Shown: piece after piece, positions 58,532-64,000 of the stretch
Layout of the letters: each line of letters opens with the position of its first letter
Position numbering within the stretch: the first letter of the stretch is position 1
Source of the DNA: a virus
Taxonomy: Duplodnaviria; Caudoviricetes
IMG/VR virus record: IMGVR_UViG_3300034374_009547
DNA: 64,000 nucleotides
Strand: one strand, 5' to 3'
Notes under the pieces: model-generated
Seen by the model: the letters and a program-made list of their open reading frames with translations, nothing else
The model's database searches: none
Told to the model about the DNA's origin: nothing
Position numbers and translations under genes: made by a program

Positions 58532-59947
58532 ATGGCAACTAGACAAAATACAGATTATGGATATGATATACAAAAAGTATATTTAGAAATGTTTATGACA
58601 GACGCAGAAAGTTTTGTGCGCTGTCAAGGTGTGTTTGATCCGCAAACATTTGATAGACGCTTACAAGATCCAGCAAAATTTGTAAAGGATTATGTGGAAG
58701 AACACAATGCACTTCCAACATTTGATATGGTTAATGCTGCTACTAACAGCGACTTAAAAGATCCAGGGCAACTGCAAGAGAATCATTATGATTGGTTGTT
58801 GCAGGACTTTGAAACATTTAGCAAACATAAAGCATTAGAAGCAGCTATTCTTAAAAGTGCAGACTTGTTGGAAAAAGGGCAGTATGGTGCGTGTGAGGAC
58901 TTGGTTAAACAGGCTGTACAAATTGGGTTGCAAAAAGACTTGGGCACAGATTACTTTGCAGATCCAAGGGCTAGACTAGAAGGTATTAAAGACAAAAACG
59001 GACAAGTTAGCACAGGCTGGCCAGCACTAGATAAGAAATTGTTTGGTGGATTTAACAGAGGCGAACTAAACATTTTTGCAGGTGGTTCGGGTTCAGGTAA
59101 GAGTTTGTTCTTGGCTAATTTGGGTGTGAACTGGTGCTTGCTAGGTATGAACGTGTTGTATCTAACATTTGAACTTAGTGAAGCATTGGTTAGTATGCGT
59201 GTAGATTCAATGACAACTGATATTGCAAGTCGTGACATTTTTAAAAGCATTGACGATGTTGAAATGAAAGTCAAGATGATTGGCAAGAAAGCAGGTGCAT
59301 TCCAAGTCAAGTATATGCCCACAGGTAAGAACGCAAACGATTTAAGAGCATACATCAAAGAGTATGAAATCAAAACAGGACGCAAACTTGATGTTGTGCT
59401 AGTAGACTATTTGGATTTGATGCATCCAAATGCTGTTAAGATTTCAGCAGAGAACTTGTTTGTTAAGGACAAGTATGTATCAGAAGAACTGCGTAACTTG
59501 GCTATGGAACTTAATACGGTGTTTGTTACAGCATCGCAGTTGAACAGAAGTTCAGTTGAAGAAATTGAATTTGACCATAGTCACATATCTGGTGGTATTT
59601 CAAAGATCAATACAGCAGATAATTTGATTGGTATCTTTACAAGTAGAGCAATGCGTGAGCGTGGACGTTATCAAATACAACTTATGAAAACACGTAGTAG
59701 TAGTGGTGTTGGACAAAAGATTGATTTAGAATTTGATGTAGATAGTTTACGTATACGTGATTTAGGCGAGGATGAAGAATACAAAGAATTTGAGAAACGC
59801 AAGTCAACCGTATTTGATCAAATCAAGCGCAATAATACACCCGCAGTTGAAAAAGAAGATCCCAGCGAAGGCGACACGGTAGGCAAAATTCGTGCAGAAG
59901 CAGACAGCACACAATTAAGAAACTTTTTGAGTAATTTAGGATCTTAA
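58532..59947 (+). CDS. Replicative DnaB-like helicase (T4 gp41-like)
   Basis: STGWPALD, AGGSGSGKS, YLTFELSE, VDYLDL, TASQLNR, QLMKTR. Confidence 0.95.
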   Translation: MATRQNTDYGYDIQKVYLEMFMTDAESFVRCQGVFDPQTFDRRLQDPAKFVKDYVEEHNALPTFDMVNAATNSDLKDPGQLQENHYDWLLQDFETFSKHKALEAAILKSADLLEKGQYGACEDLVKQAVQIGLQKDLGTDYFADPRARLEGIKDKNGQVSTGWPALDKKLFGGFNRGELNIFAGGSGSGKSLFLANLGVNWCLLGMNVLYLTFELSEALVSMRVDSMTTDIASRDIFKSIDDVEMKVKMIGKKAGAFQVKYMPTGKNANDLRAYIKEYEIKTGRKLDVVLVDYLDLMHPNAVKISAENLFVKDKYVSEELRNLAMELNTVFVTASQLNRSSVEEIEFDHSHISGGISKINTADNLIGIFTSRAMRERGRYQIQLMKTRSSSGVGQKIDLEFDVDSLRIRDLGEDEEYKEFEKRKSTVFDQIKRNNTPAVEKEDPSEGDTVGKIRAEADSTQLRNFLSNLGS

Positions 59948-59957
59948 TCAAAAATTA

Positions 59958-60037
59958 TTTTTGCCAACGAATCTTGAGACTAAATAACTTGCGTTTAAAA
60001 AACGCTAGGCAAAATATTTAGACTACAAGAGGCTAAC
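59958..60037 (+). promoter_or_regulatory. Structured leader containing a late promoter and an SD-sequestering inverted repeat
   Basis: tcttgagactaaata(59972-86) pairs with tatttagactacaaga(60015-30); inner gcgttt-aaa-aaacgc hairpin; SD aagagg 60027-32. Confidence 0.55.
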
Positions 60038-61684
60038 ATGAAAACAGATTTAGAAAATATACAAAGGCTTTATGACAGATTTAAAAGGCCAGTACCTGAA
60101 GGTACAGAATATCAAGAGAGACTAGTTGAAGAGTTTGAGTTAATACTAGACCTACGCTTCACAGAATACTTCCTACAAATTTGTGACATTATAGATCTTA
60201 CCACTGATATCAAACACATGACACGTGGATCAGCGGGCAGTAGTCTAGTGTGTTACTTGCTTGGGATTACAGACGTGGATCCCATCAAGTGGAAGATACC
60301 TGTGGCGAGGTTTATGAACCCACTGCGTGATGACCTACCGGATGTTGATATCGATTTTGAACATTGGCGACAAGGTGAAGTTATGAATCGCATATTCAAA
60401 AAGTGGCCCGGCATGACGGCAAGGTTGAGCAACTATGTCACGTACAAACCAAAAAGTGCCAAACGTGAGGCAGCCAAACGATTGGGCGCCACAGGTAGAC
60501 TTCCTAGAAACTTTACATATGAATCAGTAGGTGTAGATCCTACAGAAGCAAAACGCATAGAGCGTAAATTACTAGGCAAAAAAAGAGCAATATCAAAACA
60601 TTGTGGAGGCATCGTTATGTTCACTAGAAAACTACCTAAATCACTTATCTCAGAAGACAACCAAATATTATTAGACAAACACGAAGTTGAGGATCTTGAA
60701 CACCTCAAAGTTGACATACTGGCCAATAGAGGCTTGAGTCAACTACTGGAAATAGACCCGCATACAGCATTAGAAGACTATCCTGAAGAGGATGCAGCAA
60801 CAGCAGCATTGCTTGCTAGAGGCGATGTACTAGGTGTTACACAAGGGGAAAGCCCTGCTATGCGTAGACTATTCCGTGCAATACAACCTACCTGTGTACA
60901 GGATTGTGTGTTTGCTACAGCCCTTGTACGACCTGTTGCTATGAGCGGAAGACAAAAAGCAGCAGTGTTCCAAGACTGGTCGCAAGAAGCAACACAAGAC
61001 AGCATTGTATTTGAAGACGATGCTATAGAAATTATAAGTAGCATTATAGGAGTAGATGCATATGAAGCTGATTCATACCGTAGGGCGTTTGCCAAAAAGA
61101 ATGATGAAAAGATTTTGGAGTTTGTGGAACGCTTGGGAAACAACCCTCAACGAGCACAGGCCATGGCTGCACTACAGGAGTTATCCGGTTTCGGACTATG
61201 CCGCGCTCATGCTGTTAATCTCGGAAGACTCATCTGGGCACTGGCATACCAAAAAGCACACAACCCAGAAGCCTTCTGGAGAGCCAACCTCCGTCACTGC
61301 CAAGGAAGCTATAGAAGCTGGGTGTATCAAACAGAAGCACACAGACGAAACATACTAACTGAACCTGGTTGGTGGCACAGAGGATTTCCACGTGGACTAG
61401 GTGTACAACAGCGTTTCTTAGAACGTGTAAACTTTGCTGGTGTTATTGCCAACGGTAGAACATTCCGTGGCCGCAACGGACGCTATGTTACATTCCTCAC
61501 ACTGGGCACCAACTATGGTGAATACGTAGATGTAACCATACAAAAGCCGTTTCAGTATAGAGACGGCGACATAGTCAGTGGTAGCGGAGTTGTTAGACAC
61601 CAAAACAACTCAGATTACATCAATTGTACAGATGCAAGATTGTTTACTTTTGCGCAATGGCGACAGGAGACATATGACGTCTAA
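60038..61684 (+). CDS. dnaE: PHP-less DNA polymerase III alpha-like protein (548 aa) with C-terminal OB fold
   Basis: RGSAGSSLVCYLLGITDVDP, RFMNPLR..LPDVDIDF, KHCGG, LKVDIL, QGES, ALVRP, GFGLCRAHA, FAGVIANGR..VTFLTL. Confidence 0.9.
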   Translation: MKTDLENIQRLYDRFKRPVPEGTEYQERLVEEFELILDLRFTEYFLQICDIIDLTTDIKHMTRGSAGSSLVCYLLGITDVDPIKWKIPVARFMNPLRDDLPDVDIDFEHWRQGEVMNRIFKKWPGMTARLSNYVTYKPKSAKREAAKRLGATGRLPRNFTYESVGVDPTEAKRIERKLLGKKRAISKHCGGIVMFTRKLPKSLISEDNQILLDKHEVEDLEHLKVDILANRGLSQLLEIDPHTALEDYPEEDAATAALLARGDVLGVTQGESPAMRRLFRAIQPTCVQDCVFATALVRPVAMSGRQKAAVFQDWSQEATQDSIVFEDDAIEIISSIIGVDAYEADSYRRAFAKKNDEKILEFVERLGNNPQRAQAMAALQELSGFGLCRAHAVNLGRLIWALAYQKAHNPEAFWRANLRHCQGSYRSWVYQTEAHRRNILTEPGWWHRGFPRGLGVQQRFLERVNFAGVIANGRTFRGRNGRYVTFLTLGTNYGEYVDVTIQKPFQYRDGDIVSGSGVVRHQNNSDYINCTDARLFTFAQWRQETYDV

Positions 61685-62147
61685 TACCAATTGCTCTGTG
61701 AGGATCAAACAAATCATAACGCACACGGTTTTCTTGATTGCCTCCTAGTATTACCCAGTATTCTCGATCGTTGTGTGTTTGTGTTTTGACATAAAATCCA
61801 ACATGTCCTTGCCAACCTTGATTTCCTCGAGGAAAAACAACTACATCTCCACGCTGTATATCAACACGTTCTACACGAGTTCCCCAATACAGAAAACTAC
61901 GTGCCATCAACGGTGGATAACGTGTTTGATCATTTAAACTGGGAATACCGTCTAGTTCTAGTACAGCATTGGCAAAGGCTGCACACCATTCTGTACGCAC
62001 AGGATCAACGCCTACAAATGCACGTATCTCTGATCTATCTGCACGTTCTTCTAATCCTATATACGGTTGCGCTGTTACAACCGAGTCTTTTGTGTCAATG
62101 GTCCCACAGGCACCCAAGAACACGAATATTGCAATCGAACCCCTCAT
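61644..62147 (-). CDS. NlpC/P60-CHAP superfamily peptidase (TIGR02594-like), predicted lipoprotein
   Basis: MRGSIAIFVFLGAC lipobox; WCAAFAN, ARSFL, GDVVVF.R, GHVGFY, LGGNQ; late core 4 nt upstream. Confidence 0.85.
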   Translation of the reverse strand: MRGSIAIFVFLGACGTIDTKDSVVTAQPYIGLEERADRSEIRAFVGVDPVRTEWCAAFANAVLELDGIPSLNDQTRYPPLMARSFLYWGTRVERVDIQRGDVVVFPRGNQGWQGHVGFYVKTQTHNDREYWVILGGNQENRVRYDLFDPHRAIGIRRHMSPVAIAQK

Positions 62148-62154
62148 GTAATAT

Positions 62155-62673
62155 TTAGTCGTCGTATATCCTGGTAAATGTTTGCCCCACAAGAGGATGT
62201 CGCAACTGCCAAGTTGTGCCCCAATTATCCGTGCCTACAGCAGTGTATTGTATAGTAAAGAAATTGGTATTCAACAACACAGCTTGTAAACCTGCATGAT
62301 CATCAGTGACGCATCTATTGACTAGATCCAAGTGTATGCTGTGTTGATTGGGCAAAGCACACAATTCATCAATGCCTTCCCACCAACTATGATGTGTATC
62401 AGGTGGTTTGAACAGATCGTTAACTGCATGTAATACCTGTGCATCTCCTGGTCTCAAATGTTGTCGCAACAAATCCCATTGCCAAAAATGCCCACACTTG
62501 AAGTCTATGTACACAGGATCTGGTATATCCCATGTGCGTTCCACATGACCTACTTCACTGCAAAGTCTATTGTAACCTTGTTCAGCAGTGTATTGATCTA
62601 TAACTATACAATGATCTGGTGAATAATCCAGTGGCAGCAAACCTGTGGCCATCCAAGCGGGTAATACGTTCAT
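62155..62673 (-). CDS. Hypothetical protein
   Basis: Start reassigned to ATG 62673, 5 nt after TATAAATA on the minus strand. Confidence 0.55.
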   Translation of the reverse strand: MNVLPAWMATGLLPLDYSPDHCIVIDQYTAEQGYNRLCSEVGHVERTWDIPDPVYIDFKCGHFWQWDLLRQHLRPGDAQVLHAVNDLFKPPDTHHSWWEGIDELCALPNQHSIHLDLVNRCVTDDHAGLQAVLLNTNFFTIQYTAVGTDNWGTTWQLRHPLVGQTFTRIYDD

Positions 62674-62689
62674 CTTGATATTTATAATA

Positions 62690-62999
62690 CACGAGTGAAA
62701 CAGCCCAAAAGCCTGAAAGGTCTGCGCCGCCAAAAAGCCGCTTGCGGTAAACGCATTTTCCTAACAGCAGCGTAGCTGCTTGCGGTTTTAGCACCCACAC
62801 TACTATTTGGATATATAAAATAAAAAAATCCCTTACCGTGTCATACGGTGCCTAACGACACGTCATATGGTATCTAACGAAGCGGTGAAGTGTTTTACTG
62901 GTATACAGCGTAGATCTCACAATGCTTTTATAATAACATAGCGACTATATCCTACGCAAAAAGACTATACCGTCCATTGGGTCTATAACGCTGTATACC
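62690..62999. other. Structured non-coding region (hairpins, AT tract, 22-bp-period direct repeat)
   Basis: agcagc-gta-gctgct; accgtg-tca-tacggt; 12-bp perfect stem 62900-62911/62988-62999; gtcataYggtRYctaacga twice. Confidence 0.6.
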
Positions 63000-63238
63000 T
63001 AAAGGTATTTATAAGAAAAATCAACATCCGTATACTTTAATGCTACATAACTTATCATTGACCGTTTACTATGTAATGCTATGAATCTTGCTCTATATGG
63101 TCCTGGAAAGTCTGGATGCTCTATCAATCGAAATCCATGATATATTAACTCTACTTTGAAATACTGAACCTTACCCAAATGTGGGTAATTGAATGGATCT
63201 AGCGATGCTCTGTGTACTTGAACAAAGTATTGATTCAT
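62999..63238 (-). CDS. Hypothetical protein
   Basis: 79 aa, preceded by TATAAATA 5 nt upstream. Confidence 0.55.
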   Translation of the reverse strand: MNQYFVQVHRASLDPFNYPHLGKVQYFKVELIYHGFRLIEHPDFPGPYRARFIALHSKRSMISYVALKYTDVDFSYKYL

Positions 63239-63251
63239 ACAAATATTTATA

Positions 63252-63553
63252 CACGTTGAATGTCCAGCATACGCTGTACAGCTCGAGCACTCCGTGAACT
63301 CGCAGTAGATCGGATCGAGTACGTTAATACAAGAGTGATATCACTCTTCTGATAGAGGACAAAAAGACTTTTGTCCCCAAATGGGTCTACAGGGTAAAAA
63401 AATTTGCTGCGCAAAAAATTATAGGGAAGTACTTATAGTTTCAGGGTGGTGAATTCTACACCCCATTAAGCTACTGCTAAGTCATTGTTTTTATTACATT
63501 TATTACGCCGGCCGGCCTCGATCGTTTTTTTATTTTTTCTCTACCGACCTGCC
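63252..63553. other. Palindrome-dense non-coding region
   Basis: gctgtacagc, gctcgagc, aagagtgatatcactctt (63331-63348), ggacaaaa-agac-ttttgtcc, gccggccggc, cgatcg. Confidence 0.65.
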
Positions 63554-63581
63554 AAAAAAAAATGGCCGCCCGAGCGACCAT
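63554..63581 (-). terminator. Intrinsic terminator (minus strand)
   Basis: atggtcgc-tcgg-gcggccat followed by T-tract on the minus strand. Confidence 0.85.
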
Positions 63582-63606
63582 AGTTCTTGACCAACGCCAA
63601 CACAAA

Positions 63607-63963
63607 TTAATCTAATCTTGAACCTGCATATGCTGTGAAGCCATAGCGTTTGAACACTGCCGCTGCTGCTCGTGCACCTGCTTCTAGTGTATCTACGTTC
63701 TGTGTAGGATACTTGCTAGGATTCCAAATGCTAAAGGTACGAGTCCAGTCCTGTGTAACACCTGCTGCCTTTAGCGCACGGCCCAGCTTGCTGTTGCCTT
63801 TCAGCTTTGTATCATTGTGTGAGTAGATGTTTACCCAAGCAAAGCCACACGCACCCCAGCCACTATTGGGAAAGTGTTTGTTTTCATATTGTTCTGCGGC
63901 AGCGGCTGCTTCTGCTTGTGCTTCAGCTACGATGTTCTTGAGTTCTGTTACGGTGTAAGACAT
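63607..63963 (-). CDS. Hypothetical protein with CGFAWV motif, probably an early gene
   Basis: WGACGFAWVNIY...QNVDTLEAGARAAAAVFKRYG; ggag SD; own terminator. Confidence 0.75.
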   Translation of the reverse strand: MSYTVTELKNIVAEAQAEAAAAAEQYENKHFPNSGWGACGFAWVNIYSHNDTKLKGNSKLGRALKAAGVTQDWTRTFSIWNPSKYPTQNVDTLEAGARAAAAVFKRYGFTAYAGSRLD

Positions 63964-64000
63964 GTGTTGCTCCTCTATGTCTATGTTGCCCTATGTGTTA

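Noticed and set aside
58491-58589. 32-codon ORF (MRTSKST...) starting in the helicase leader and overlapping the helicase start out of frame
   Set aside because: No SD or recognisable features; likely chance.
28614-59947. Inteins or introns in terminase, UvsX, UvsW, primase or helicase
   Set aside because: Lengths are normal and motifs are collinear without insertions.
14760-61684. Convergent 3-prime gene overlaps (14760-14785, 42590-42602, 52639-52664, 61644-61684)
   Set aside because: Common in compact phage genomes; no further evidence of regulation.
62690-63600. CRISPR array or tRNA genes in the non-coding right end
   Set aside because: Only two imperfect 19-nt repeats with a 3-nt gap; no cloverleaf with a T-loop GTTCRA motif could be built.
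1-64000. Alternative genetic code (stop-codon recoding)
   Set aside because: Core genes are full length under the standard code, and TAA, TAG and TGA all occur at credible gene ends.

Overview
A 64-kb segment of a large, AT-rich T4-like myophage genome. No capsid, portal or PolB gene lies in this window. The host is possibly an alphaproteobacterium (inference from MetK/KdsA style and leaderless genes). From left to right: a 3617-aa tail fibre with a C-terminal intramolecular chaperone, followed by a small glycosyltransferase cassette; neck, terminator, sheath, tube and head-completion genes (gp15, gp14, gp13, gp18, gp19, gp54-like, gp4); small and large terminase, with likely internal head proteins carrying PG-binding and LysM domains; gp32, UvsX and UvsY; a ~9-kb sugar-biosynthesis and transfer cluster; an operon with UvsW, a cupin, MetK, KdsA, KdsB, a gp62-like protein, a Zn-finger protein and a 191-aa mini C-family polymerase; primase, three microproteins, a GT10-like protein, a carbamoyltransferase, gp41 helicase and a second, PHP-less DnaE; and a structured, palindrome-rich non-coding region at the right end. 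The main observations are: (1) three phycobiliprotein-like alpha-helical modules with an intact Cys-x-Arg-Asp bilin-site motif inside the tail fibre; (2) a phage CMP-Kdo pathway with three KpsC/KpsS-like transferase domains under late promoters, suggesting virion glycosylation; (3) two independently reduced DnaE-type polymerases; (4) systematically leaderless late and early transcripts. All functional calls come from motif recognition by eye; no database searches were run, so novelty is not verified.
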